Below are positions 37,955 to 50,958 of a stretch of 64,000 bases of DNA, one piece after another. Origin of the DNA: Balamuthia mandrillaris (Eukaryota). Numbering within the stretch: position 1 is the stretch's first letter; each line of letters starts with the position of its first letter. The notes under the pieces were generated by a model. It did no database searches and was not told where the DNA came from. It was given only the letters and a program-made list of their open reading frames with translations. Location: contig JAVKOQ020000019.1 of the NCBI GenBank assembly GCA_031835245.2, positions 62,001 through 126,000 of the forward strand, read 5' to 3'. Made by a program: the position numbers and the translations under genes.

Positions 37955-39841
37955 ATGAAAGTTGTGGCAACAGTCATACTGTTGGTGCTACTGGTGATTG
38001 TGTCTTTTGGAGGCGAAAATGGGGCTTTTATAGCGATGGTGGAGGCAGGTCAGGAGGACATGAGCGAGCCGCAAGGACCAGGAGCGCGATGCGTTCATAT
38101 TGACGACTTTACGGTGGCCGAGAGAGGGCAATGCAAGGACTACCTCACCTACGAAATGATATACAGCGACGAGAACACACCCTATAGACTTCGATCGCTG
38201 CAGTAAGTCTTTTTTTTTCTCTGCCTATTTATTGTGGAGTACGTTATACGCTAATATTTTTATCATTGTTGTCTTTTAAGGATCTGGTCGACAATACAAG
38301 GCTTGCTTCCTTCGACTTGTCTTGATAGTGGATGGCGAAGCCTGTGTGCTGGAATGTTTAGGTTGGCTCTCGTCTTTTTGTTTCGTTAATTGGTTTCGTT
38401 TTATTATGCCTAATGTATTCGCTGTCATCAGAGAATGTTTGCACATAAATGATACCTCTCCTCCCAATATTACGAACGAGGCAGGGACGAAAGTGGCGAT
38501 CGTTGGGCGGTTTCCCTGCAAGTCCTTGTGCTACGAGACACAGAGACTGTGTCAGGCAGCAGCTGCTAAGTTACTCGCGGAGATGATCAATTCCACCGCC
38601 GGCCTCAGTGCCCTGGACTGTACAAAGGCCTTCCCGCTGATGTGGGGCGTTCCCACATATGAGATCTTTCCCACAGGCCCCAACTACACCGTTCCCGTTA
38701 CTGCAGACGATGGCCAGACCTACTTCAATGCTACCATTCCTTGCTACGATGACAATTTTAATGTTACTGCCGGTTAGTGATGATCTTTTCTTCTTATTGT
38801 TGATGGTATCTTGGTCTTGGTGGTGTTGTCCTTTCTTCTTCTTGTTCTTTTTCTATTGCTGGGGTTCGGTTTCTTCTCAACATTCCTGAACTCTTGTCTT
38901 ACAACAGGAGGTGATATAAAATGTCCAACTGGACTTCATTCTACCGGCATTCCAGGGGAGTGTGCTTTCGACTGCCCTCAACCACTTATCACCGACAACG
39001 AATACCAAGCGGTGGAGGTCATGATGTCTGTCATGGCATGGATCTCCTTGGCCGCCACAGCCTTTGTGGCAGGGTCTTACCTGCTGGTGGCCTCCAAGAG
39101 GAAGTTTCCAGCGAACCTGCCATTGTTCTTCGTGGTGGCGGTGGGGGGTCGCACTTTGGCATTCTGTGTGGGAAGCATGGTGGGTCACGAGGAGGTGTGG
39201 TGTGATGGAGACAAACACTTCAACTCTTTTGGCGATGCTGCTTGCACCATTCAAGGTTTGTTGCCATGCTCGTTTTCTTTGGACTGCTGCACGTTCATCT
39301 CAAGCTCAAACTAAACCAAAAGGAATACTGTTCGTGTACTTCACATGGGCAGGGGCATTGTGGTGGCTGACCATCACTCTCAACCTCTTCTTCACTCTCG
39401 TTCTCTCCTGGCAGCCTAGTCAACACTTTCTCTTTACTCTTCCTTGCCTCAGCACTACATCCTACGAACAGCAGCAACAGCCACAAAAGAAGCATAAGGA
39501 CACCAAAAAAGGGCAAGTGTCGTTGGTGGAAGTGGTGTTCCACGCATGTTGTTGGGGAGTTCCTTTCATTCCTCTGATCATCGCGTTGAGCGGGCAACAA
39601 CTGGGCTATGCTGGATCTAGCTTCTGGTGCACCATCCATTCCGGCGATGGTGGCGTCGTGTTTGAAGGAAGCGCAGAAGGAACCACTCACTCGGGCTCGG
39701 AAGAGCACAACCTGTGGAACCTCATGCTGCTGACAGTTCCCATTTTGGTGTTGGTCTTCATCGGTGTGGTCCTGTTGATCATCGCTGCAGTAGTTGGTTA
39801 CAAGGTGATTATCACGTCCTTTTTATTTGCTCGTATTCTTG

Positions 39842-39873
<32 letters not shown>

Positions 39874-40473
39874 CTCATTGTGTTTTTCTTTGCTTGAATG
39901 CACGAACAGCGATCAAGAGAAGGATGGCAGTTTCTCATCCGGCAATGGCGGCTGTTCGCCTTCCTGCTGCTCTACGTGTGGATCTACACCTTCGTCTTCA
40001 GCTTCCAGATCCATTTCAACTACGTGCAGGAGGCCCAGTACGAAGCCTACGACGACTACATCAACTGCCTCTTCATCTCCAACGTTCAAGACCTGGTAAT
40101 CAATCCTGTCGAGGACGATATCCATTGCGAGTTGAGGCAGGAAGTCAGCTATGCTTTGTGGTTTGTAGTGACATTCAACGAGGTCAGTCAGGGCTTGTTC
40201 GTCTTTCTCATCTTTGGCACCTCCGGGGAGATTTGGAGCAAATGGCGTTTGGCCTTGTGGCAGTGCAGATGGAGGGCTGCTCTTGCTTCGGATGGTTCCA
40301 CTTCGTTGGGAGGAGGTGGGAGAGGCCGCCCTTCCTCTTCCAATTCTTCGGGGCAGCACAAGGAAGTGGTGGTGGTGGAGGGTGTGACCATGAAAGAGTT
40401 TACTTCCGAAGAGACAACAGAAGAGGAGGATGAGTACAGCAGCATGGAGGATGAGGAGGACGAAAGTGCGTAA
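37955..40473 (+). CDS. Frizzled/Smoothened-like GPCR, copy 1
   Basis: Signal peptide, cysteine-rich domain (C..YLTY, LCAGMFREC, RFPCKSLC), CAFDCPQP linker, 7TM (KRKFPANLP, CTIQGILFVYF..A..LWW, FWC, RQWRLFAF, QGLFVFLIFGTS). Confidence 0.88.
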
Positions 40474-40898
40474 CTTTTTTGGGGTGCGAAAATGTACAAA
40501 AAAAAATTAAAAATATCGATAAATATGAAATCAATATCAGATAAAGGAAATACTATCGATAATCAGTGAAATATTCTTCAGCACGGCAAATAAAGCAAAC
40601 AAAATCAATGATTTCTTCATAAAGGAAATACTATCGATTATCAGTGAAAATATCTTCTGCAGGGTAAATAAATCGAAGATTTTTTTTTAATATCTTAATG
40701 ACGGTAACGCAGACGAATGGACTCGCGCTGGTCCTGCTGTCTTCTGGGATACATTACATAAACGCGCAGATCTGAAGAGCCAAAAAAAAACCTAAGCATA
40801 ATGCAAAGTTTCTTGTTTTTTTTTATTTTGGCTCAGCAGACAACGTGGTTCCTTTTCGCAACGGAACCAAGGTTGACAGGGATCCAGGGCGCAAAGGC

Positions 40899-43412
40899 AT
40901 GAAGGCACCCACCGCTGCGGCAGTCGTGGCGGTACTGCTGCTGGTTGTGAGCGGAACAGCGGAGGGGGGTAAGGAGGAGGTGAGCGAGCCGCAAGGACCC
41001 GGCGCGCGGTGTGTCCATATCGACAACTTCACGACGGCGGAGCGAGGGCCTTGCAAGGACTACCTCACCTACCAGCTGATCTACACCGACGACAACGCAG
41101 CGTTTCGTTTTGCCGCTGTACAGTTCGTATTATTTTTAGTTTTTTTGAGTTTGTGCTATTTTTCCGCTTCAACTCGGTGTAACTGTCTTCCATGGACAAA
41201 AGGTTGTGGACGAGGTTGCAAGGCTTTGTGGCAGAGCCCTGTCTGGGCAGTTCGTGGCAGAAGTTATGTGCCGGAATGTTTCGGTGCGTCGTTCAATGTT
41301 GTGCGTCTTCCAGTTCCTTCTCCCTTAGCCCTTTTCTCTCTTCTTTCTTTTTCTTCTCTCTTCTCTCTTCTCTCTTCTCTTTTCTCTCCTCTCTTCTCTC
41401 TCCGCTCTCATCTTTCCTTCTCTGTTTCTCTCACGCTCTTTCTCTCTCGCTCCTCTCCTCTTGCTCTCTAGTCATCTTTCCTTTGCTTCTTACGTAGTGT
41501 TTTTTATCGGCCTTTTTCTGTATGTTTATTACAGAGAGTGCATGCGCATTCCTGATCCATCAGCACCATCCAACGTGGCCATCGTTGGGCGTTATCAATG
41601 TAGAAGCGTTTGCGTGCAGAACCAAGGTTTCTGCCAAGAAGCAGTTAAGGAGATCATTAAGCTGACTGGCAACATCACAACCGTGGATGAGCTGCTTGAC
41701 TGCAAGGTGCCTTCAGAGTTGACTTGGGGAGCTCCTTCTTACGACATCTTTCCTGACGGAAACTATACAGTGGGGGTATCAGCAGATGAAGGGCTTAGCT
41801 TTTTCAACACCACCATTCCATGTTATGAAGATAACCTCAACCTCACTGCTGGTTCGTAGCCGTCGCTTGTTCTTGTTCTTCGTCTCCTTCTCCTTCTTCT
41901 TCTTTGTCTTCTTATTCCTCCTCTTCTTCCGTTGTAGTGCCATCTGTAGAGTGTCCAGATGGGCTACATCCAACAGGGGAGCCAGGAGCTTGCGCCTTTG
42001 ACTGTCCTCAACCGGTCATCACCAACAACGAATACCAGGCGGTGGAGGTCATGATGTCCGTCATGGCATGGATCTCCTTGGCCGCCACAGCCTTTGTGGC
42101 AGGGTCTTACCTGCTGGTGGCTTCCAAGAGGAAGTTTCCAGCGAACCTGCCATTGTTCTTCGTGGTGGCGGTGGGGGGTCGCACCTTGGCATTCTGTGTG
42201 GGAAGCATGGTGGGTCATGAGGAGGTGTGGTGTGATGGAGACAAACACTTCAACTCTTTTGGCGATGCTGCTTGCACCATTCAAGGTTTGTTGCCTGCCA
42301 TTGCTCGTTTTCTTTGGACTGCTTCACGTTCATCTTATCCTTAAAGTAAACCAAAAGGAATACTGTTCGTGTACTTCACATGGGCAGGAGCATTGTGGTG
42401 GCTGACCATCACTCTCAACCTCTTCTTCACTCTCGTTCTCTCCTGGCAACATGATCACCTCCGACTCTATTCTCTTCCTTTCCTTCGTCGTTCTTCCCTT
42501 CAACAACAGCAAACTAGAAAAAAAGGAGTGTCGTTGGTGGAAGTGGTGTTCCACGCATGTTGTTGGGGGATTCCTCTCATTCCTCTGATCATCGCGTTGA
42601 GCGGACAACAATTGGGCTATGCTGGAGCCAGCTTCTGGTGCACCATCCATTCCGGCCAAGGCGAAGTGGTGTTTGAAGGAAGCGCAGAAGGCACCACTCA
42701 CTCGGGCTCGGACGAAGACAACCTGTGGAATCTTATGTTGTTGACGGTGCCAATATTGGTATTTGTCTTTGTGGGTGTTGTTTTGTTGCTTACCACCGCC
42801 GTCTTTGGATACAAGGTGAGAGAACCTTATCTCTTTCTCCATGTAATGCTTTGTTATTCATTCTTTTCATAGAAATCACAAGAAGGGTGGCAGTTCCTCA
42901 TCCGACAATGGCGGCTGTTCGCCTTCCTGCTGCTCTACGTGTGGATCTACACCTTCGTCTTCAGCTTCCAGATCCACTTCAACTACGTGCAGGAGGCCCA
43001 ATACGAAGCCTACGACGACTACATCAACTGCCTCTACATACAAGCCGTTCAGAAGATCACCAATCCATCACAACCGCTGACTTGCGAGTTGAGCCAAGAA
43101 GTCAACTTTGGGTTGTGGTTCGTGGTGACGTTCAACGAGGTCAGTCAGGGCTTGTTCGTCTTTCTCATCTTTGGCACCTCCGCTGGGGTGTTCCAGGCAT
43201 GGCGTTCCGCATTGTTGGAGTGTCGATGGAGCGCAGGCGAGGACATAGACCCTTCCAGAGGGTCATCAAGTGGCAAACATTCCTCTTCGGGGGTGGTGGT
43301 AGTTGTGGAGGGAGTAAACATGAAGGAGTTCTCGGAGGAGACGTCCAAGGAAGAGGAAAGCTCCGACACAGAAGAAGAGGAAGACGAGGATGCTTCTGAA
43401 GAACTGTATTGA
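40899..43412 (+). CDS. Frizzled/Smoothened-like GPCR, copy 2
   Basis: Same architecture and intron positions as copy 1. Confidence 0.88.
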
Positions 43413-43870
43413 TGGTTTTATTAATGCTTGGACATATTGTCAATGGAAGAAAAAAAAAAGAGAACCTCTTCTGGGAGCACCGGTAGTGTCCTCGCATTCT
43501 GTTCTTGTTCTTCTAGTGGTTCAAGGCTGCTCGCCAAGCATAATTATCAAGAGGGAAGAACAAGAAAATGCACTATGACCAGAATAACAAGAACACTGCT
43601 GGAGAAGAAAAGGTGAAGGGGAAGAGTCCGGCCAGTTGCAACAGCACGCGAAAGCGAGAGATGCAATGGTGCAGAGTTGTTAGGCGACATATTGGACAAC
43701 CGAAGAAAATGGAAAGACATCTATAACGGTATTATACGATTAATTACGGACCATATATCCGGTCGATGAGATCTTGGCGAGTGTTTCAAGAAAGAAAGGG
43801 TCGGCCTGTGCTGTTTGTTTCTATCCTGTGCAAGAAGACGCGGAGAAGAGGGCGAACGAATACATTGGCG

Positions 43871-46498
43871 ATGGCGATAACGCCAAGGACAACGAGCCCG
43901 CGGGTGGTTTGTTTGTGCGTTTTGTTGCTGTTCGAGCTGGAGTTGGCAGCGGCGCAGGTTCAATATATCAGCGAGCCGCAGGGACCGGGAGCGAGCTGCG
44001 TTCATGTGGACAACGTCACAGCGGAGCTGGGCGTGTGCAGGAACTACATTACCTACGAGTACATCTACAGCGATGACCATATGTCTTCACGGTTTGACGT
44101 GCTACGGTGAGTTTAACTTCTCCTTTGGTCTTGAACTTGTTGTTGTAACATTTTGTAAAAAAAACAAGATTGTTTGTACAAACACAGGGAGTTGTTGCTG
44201 AACCTTGTTTGAGCACAAGTTTTCGCAAGATCTGCGCCGGTCTCTTTAGGTTTGTGTTGCTTCTTGTGCATTCACAAAAAGAAATATATGTAGTCCTCCT
44301 GACCATTACGTTCAATAGAGAATGCCTGGCGCTTCCTTCTTCAACGGCCGACCAAGTTGCTGTGGTGGGGCGTTATCCCTGCCGAAGCCTCTGCAAAGAC
44401 TCTGAAGTCGCCTGCATAGAAGTCCTCTCCAAGCTGTTAATCGGGGTGGGCCTCACGGCAGAGACTGTACTCGACTGTGATGTCCCTTGGTCGGTCATGT
44501 GGGGCACACCTTCTCACGACATCTTTCCAGAAGGAAACTACACTGTGGAGGTGTCTCCGAACGTGCTAGAGATTCACGACCTGGTGAATGTCACCATTTC
44601 GTGTTATGATGGCAATCGCAACCTTACTGTTGGTAATGCTCGCTTTCTTTGCGTCTATCTTCTCTCTTCTTTCTTCTATCATCTTTCCTCTCATGCTTTC
44701 TTCTCCTGCCTTCGCTCGTATTAGCGCTCATCCCTTTGTTATCTTATTTCTTCTTACTCGCTCTCTCTCTCTCTCTCTCTCTCTTTTCTGGCGTCTTTCT
44801 TCTCTCTTTTGTCTTTTTGTTGTTTGACTCGTTTGTCTCTTTCTCACCTTTGCATGTAGAGCCACTAGTGGAGTGTCCAGATGGGCTACATCCAACAGGG
44901 GAGCCAGGAGCTTGCGCCTTTGACTGTCCTCAACCGGTCATCACCAACAACGAATACCAGGCGGTGGAGGTCATGATGTCCGTCATGGCATGGATCTCCT
45001 TGGCTGCCACGGCCTTGGTGATTGGCTCTTACATCTTGGTTGCTGGCAAGAGGAAGTTCCCAGCGAACCTGCCATTGTTCTTCGTGGTGGCGGTGGGAGG
45101 TCGCACCTTGGCATTCTGTGTGGGAAGCATGGTGGGTCATGAGGAGGTGTGGTGCGATGGAGACAAACACTTCAACTCTTTTGGCGATGCTGCTTGCACC
45201 ATTCAAGGTTTGTTGCCTGCCATTCGTTCTTTTTCTTTCTTTTCGTTAATGCTTTCTGCTTCTGGTGCGATAAACCAAAAGGAATACTGTTCGTGTACTT
45301 CACATGGGCAGGAGCATTGTGGTGGCTGACCATCACTCTCAACCTCTTCTTCACCATCGTTCTTTCCTGGAAGCTCGACCGCTACTGCATTCTCCCTCTT
45401 CTTTCCCCACGCCTCGCCCCTACCAATGTGGAGGAGGACGGCAGGGCCAAACGAAGGAAGAGTGGCGGAGTGTCGTTGGTGGAAGTGGTGTTCCAAACGC
45501 TTTGTTGGGGCCTTCCTTTCATCCCTCTGATCATCGCGTTGAGCGGACAACAACTGGGCTATGCTGGAGCCAGCTTCTGGTGCACCATCCATTCTGGTGA
45601 CGGCGAGGTGATTTTTCAGGGCAGCAGCGAAGGAACCACTCACTCGGGCTCGGAAGAGCACAACCTGTGGAACCTCATGTTGCTGACGGTCCCAATTCTT
45701 GTGTTGGTCTTCATCGGCGTCGTTCTATTGATCGTCACTGCTATAGTCGGTTACAAGGTGAGTAAACCTTGTTTGTCTTTCTTTTCATTGTGCTTCTCCG
45801 TCTTCTTCTTCTTCTCCCTTCTGTGCCTTTCAGGAGAGTGTTACTTATGGCGTTGTCTATGTTCTCCATAGAAATCGAGAGAAGGGTGGCAGTTCCTTAT
45901 CCGGCAATGGCGGCTGTTCGCCTTCCTGCTGCTCTACGTGTGGATCTACACCTTTGTCTTCAGCTTCCAGATCCACTTCAACTACGTGCAGGAGGCTCAG
46001 TACAAGGCCTACAACGACTATATCGACTGCCTCTACACCCATTCGGTGAGGGACCTGGTGTCCTCGCTGGCGGAGGGGATAGAGGAGTGCTCCCTGCGGC
46101 AGGAGGTCAATTTTGGGTTGTGGTTGGTGGTGACCTTCAACGAGGTCAGTCAGGGCTTGTTCGTCTTTCTCATCTTTGGCACCTCCGCTGGGGTGTTCCA
46201 GGCCTGGCGGTCGGCCTTGTGGCATTGTCGGTGGAGGGCGGCCTCGGGGAGCTCGAGCTCTGGAGGCACGCCGTCCTCGGGGCAGACGAAGGAGGTCATG
46301 GTAGTGGTGGAGGGGGTGACGATGAAAGAGTTCACGGAGGATGGCGGGACGGAGGCAGAGGCCAGCGAGGCAGAAGACGAAGAGGAGTACAGCCAAGAGG
46401 AGGAAGAGGAGCGAATGTGGATAATATATGTAAAGAAAATTGTAAATTATTTATTTTTTGATTTTTCATTGGATAGTTTTTCAAAAAGAGATCGATAA
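43871..46498 (+). CDS. Frizzled/Smoothened-like GPCR, copy 3 (3' end uncertain)
   Basis: Same architecture and intron positions as copies 1 and 2. Confidence 0.86.
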
Positions 46499-46696
46499 CT
46501 TGAGGAGTCTTATAATATTGAAAGTTCAATTTTTACTTTTTAAGGTGATGTGAAAACGTTATTAAAAAGGTAAAAGTTAAACACAAAATTTTATACGTAA
46601 AGCGAAAAAGAAAGCGAACCGCAGAGTTGCCGCACGCACAACGCTTTGATTTTTTTTTAACACTTGCCGAAAAGATAAAGTGGTTGAACACACACC

Positions 46697-47013
46697 ATGA
46701 GCTCTGTGCCCCCGCATCTGCGCATTACCATCAGGGAGAACTTCCGCCCCATCATGGTTCGATTCATGATCCCCTTCCTCTTGTTCCCGTTGCTCCCTGC
46801 CTTCCCTGGCAGCTCTGCCGTAGCGGTGCGTGTTTGTTTTATTTTATTTTTTTTAAAAAAAAAACATGGCTTCTCTCTTCTTTCCCTCGCAGCTCACATT
46901 CCTCTCTCTCCCTTTACTTCTCCAATGATTCACCACTACTCCAGAAGGACATCATGCAACAGGCAAAGAAGCAAAAGGAGTTGGCCGCCTCTTCTTCGTC
47001 CGCCTCTCACTGA
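46697..47013 (+). CDS. Small two-exon protein (~65 aa) with one hydrophobic segment
   Basis: MSSVPPHLRITIRENFRPIMVRFMIPFLLFPLLPAFPGSSAVA joins KDIMQQAKKQKELAASSSSASH* through a phase-0 intron (GCG|gtgcgt...ctccag|AAG). Confidence 0.55.
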
Positions 47014-47223
47014 ATCCACCCCTCCCGACCACTCACTTCGGCCCAGCCAAACCGCGACCAACCCCTCCCCCATTTTAAACTGCCTGTGTACCTAGGAGTT
47101 AAAAAAAACCCTCCCTCTTTCAGCAGCACATACGTTGCGTGTACAAGGGCTTTCTTATTATGATTATGTTGTTGTTGTTTACAGGTGTTAGTATTACATT
47201 TGTGCCAGAGAAGCAATCCTTTC

Positions 47224-50200
47224 TCACTCGGAGATTATCATCGAGTCCTCGCGTTGCGCTGCGGCACCGCCTCTCGTTTCGTTCTCCCTCTCCTTTTCTT
47301 TCTCCCTCTCCCTTTCCTTCTCCCTCTCCTTTTCTCTTGCTCGCGGAGAGACAACTTCATTGTTGTTCCCACTCTCTTCCCCTTCTTGTTGTTGCCATTC
47401 GTTTGCTTCTCCTTGCTGTTGCTCTTCCTCCACCGATGCTTGATTGTTGTTAGTGTCCTTGTTGTGTTTGCTGCTTCCTCCTCCTTTCTTTTGTTGTTTC
47501 ACGCTGTGCTGCTTTGCTGTTGTGCGTTGGGCAGCAGAAGAAGGATGATGATGACCAGGATGATCCAACGAGGAAGAAGAAAGCGAGGTAGACGGAGTGG
47601 ACTGACTCCGGCGTATACTGAGGAAGCTTCTTTCTTTATCTTTGCCTTCTTTTTCTCCTTTCTCTCGTTCTCTTTCTTTGCCCTCTCGTTCTCCCTTTTC
47701 TCTTTCCCTTTCTCCTTTTTCTCTTTCTCTTTCCGCTTTCTCCCTTTCCCTTTCTCCTTTCTCTCTTTCCAAACTTTTGGGATTGTTGTTGCTGTTGCTG
47801 CTGTTGCTATCAGCGGAAGCTGAACTGCTTATAAAGCCAGGAAGCTGAGAAGCCGCTTCGGAGCGACAGAGGGCCACCGCTAGGTCAAAGTAGTCGTAGA
47901 TCTTGTTGCCTTGGAGGTCCTTATCGCTCAGCTCTGGCCGTTGACGCAGCCAATCTGCCCATATGAACTCGGAGAAGGGCGTGTGCGTCTTTCGAAAGCC
48001 TTTTGTTTTGCCTATTTCCATACAGGGTTAGGAAGAGAGAGCGAGAAAAGGAAGAGGCGAGGACTGTAAACCTCGCAAAGCCCAAGCCAAGGAGCGGAAG
48101 GGGTCATCCACCATGTCCGCGACGCTCAATGGTAGGTCTTCGGGGGACAATGGACCTTCCCCGTTGCGCATCAGGTACACCCAATTGCGTTTCTTCATCT
48201 CCTCCCAGAACTGAGGCACGGGCAAATGAGATAAGTCCGCCACCACTTTGAAGTATACGCTCTTTTCTCTGTTCAGCAAATAAGTTAAAAAAAACAAGAC
48301 TGGGAGAGAGGAGAGAAGAGGGAAGAGAGAAGAGACCGACAAAGCAACGACGAAAAGAAGAAAGCGTACTTACTTGAGAGGTAATTTAGATTCCCATACA
48401 GCACGTGCGATGTGATGATGGTCAATCATGTGCAAAACAGGTTGCTGCGATGGTATTTCCTCCGTGTTCTCATCTCGTTCCGTCATCGTTCCTCCTGATT
48501 GTTGCTGTTGGCCGTCCTCTGTCTGTTCATCCGTTTCGGAAGCAGACGAAGGATAATAAACAGAAGGCGAAATAGTAATGACGGTATTAACAGGGTTCTG
48601 AATGAGGTCCGAAGAAAGAGAAACCGGTGAAGCACAAGCAGCAGCAAAGACTTGATGGCGCGTGAGAGAAGGTGAGGAAGGGACAGTAGCTGCAGCGGCG
48701 GCTGCCGCCGCGGAGGATGATGGCGATATAACCATCGTAGAGGGAAGAGGGAAGTTCAAGTGCTTAGGTCGAACGATAGAGTTGGGGGGTCCCAACACTA
48801 CAGGTATTCTCTTCCGTTGGAGATGTGCTTCCACTTTGGCTTGGTTGCCTACTACTTTGTTGACTGCTTGTTTCTTTGATTCTACCGGAACTGACCCTAT
48901 TGTACACTGAAAAAAGCGTGAGGAGTTAAAAATGGAAGGGAAGAAAAAGAAGTGGGAAGAGAAAAGGAAGAAAGAAAGGAAGAAGAAGAGGAAGGAAGAA
49001 GTAGAAAAAGTACAAACCTGTCCAGGTTGTAAGGCAAGCACATGAATCTTCTGCCCTAAAAGAATATGTTGCCTAATTCGCTTGTCCTCGTTCTCCTCAT
49101 ACACAACAGTTGCATCGTTAGGAGCTGCTCCTCCTTCTTGTTGTTGATCAATCTCCTCCGCACCTACGTTTTGTTCCCCATAATTGCTCTCACCATTTTC
49201 TAAAGCCTGCCTTTGTCCTGCTGTTGCTTTCTTTGCTCGCTTCACTTTCTTCTTCGGTTGACTAGAAAGCAGTCGAAACAAATGGTTGTCGTTGAGACGT
49301 TCCACTTCGCTGTCCATCGTGTATTCGTTGTCTGTTGTTGAGGTTGTAGTTGGCGGTGTTGAAGTTGATGTTGAGGTTGTCGCTGCTGATGCTGCTGACA
49401 GCTGAACAGGAACGAGAAAAGGAGTAGCAGAGGATGAAGGAGAACTAGAAGAAGCAGCAGAGGAGGACGCAGAAACACCGGGAATGGAAGAGGCAGAAGC
49501 AAAGGAAGAAGTTATTGACGGAGAGGAAAGCAACGTTGCCACTGCTGAAAGGTGGTGTCGAGGAGATAAAGTTTGTCTTTGTGGCGATGAGTGCATCATC
49601 TCCGAAGGAGCGGCAGTCGTGGTGGAGTTTGTTCCATCTAGCGACCCCACCGAGCCATCTGCTACACCACAATCTTGTTGTTGAATGTTATAGAAAGGCA
49701 GCAACGGAGGTAGTGTCTCAAACGAAGAAGAGGTGGAGGCAGAAGGATTTGCTGCTCCACTTCCGCCACTTCCTCCTCCACCGCTCTTTTTCGGAATGAG
49801 CAGCACTTCTATTCTATCCATTCGTCGAAGGCGTTGCAAGTGGCGGTCCCGCAAGAGAACGACGTGGTTGGGCAGTTTGACGAGCTTGTAAATGCGTTCC
49901 TCCGGGATCTCAAACTCGTTGGCGATGAGCTTCTTGAAACGAGCGAGAGAGCTCCTGTCCTTCTCTTTGTTGACTACCAGTTCGCTATAGTAATTGCCCC
50001 ATTCCCTAAGCTGAGGACATTTCACCAGGAGAACGAAGCTCTCTCTTTCCCTTTCTCTTTCTGCTCTGCCATCTCTCTGCCCTCTGTCCTGGGTCTTATC
50101 CTTTGTTGTTGCGGCAACGTTCTCTCGTTGTTCGTTGTCTCGTTCTTTTGTGTGTTGGTTTTGTTGATGATCTTTGTCTCTTTCTTTGTGAGTGTCGCCT

Positions 50201-50958
50201 TTCTCTTTCTCTCTATCGCCTTTGTTGTGGTCTTTGTCCGACGCTGTGGTTTCTTTGACTTTCTTGAAGAACCAGAAGGAGCTTCCTTCCTTGGCGTTGT
50301 TTTCTTTGCCACCACCTCCGCCTTCTTTACTTGTTTCTTCTTGTTGTTCCTGTTCTTCTACCGTTGCTGTGGTGCCGGCATTAAAAGCACCGTCCTCTGT
50401 CTTTTCCTTCTTTCTCTTTCGCTTGTCTCTTCCTCCGCCTCCGCCACCACTCTCTTTACCAACGCTTCCGGCTGCTCCTCCTCTCTTTGTGGTTGTTGTT
50501 TGCGGTTGTTGCTGCTGTTGTTGGAGTTGGTGATGATGAGGCTCCGTTGATTGAAATATTCTATTGTTGTTATAGTGAGGAAGAATAAACGACACTTCGA
50601 TTCCATCAACGCTTTGTGTTTGGAGATTTTCGTTATCAGTAAACTAAAGTACTAAGAAAAGAGAGGAGAGAAGAGAGAAAAAAGGCTACCCATGAGGCCG
50701 AACATAGAAAGTAAATCCTCTACTGGGTTCTCCTCCTTCTCCTCCAGAGAACTGCTGCACGTGGCAACAAGGACAAGGCGGCTGTTGCTGCTGGCCTCCG
50801 GAGGACATCATCATCGGAAAGGAGTTCACGTGGGCTCCTCCGCCCCCGTGCCAACGTTGTTGTTGCGTTTGCTGCTGCTGCTGTTTGGTGTGGTGCGTAT
50901 TGAGGCAGTTGCTACCCGCTCCTCCGCCTCCTCCTGCTCCGCCGCTTTCACCTTCCAT
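47224..50958 (-). CDS. Large low-complexity protein with a ParB-like nuclease (ParBc_2-type) domain and a ubiquitin-like domain, multi-exon
   Basis: LQPGQ|CTIG..V..K, IPVVLGP, MIDHHHIARA, VVADLSHL...FWEEM...NWVYL, LPLSVADMVDDPFRSLAW, PFSEFIWADWLR, ASQLPGF. First exon assignment is inferred. Confidence 0.78.
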
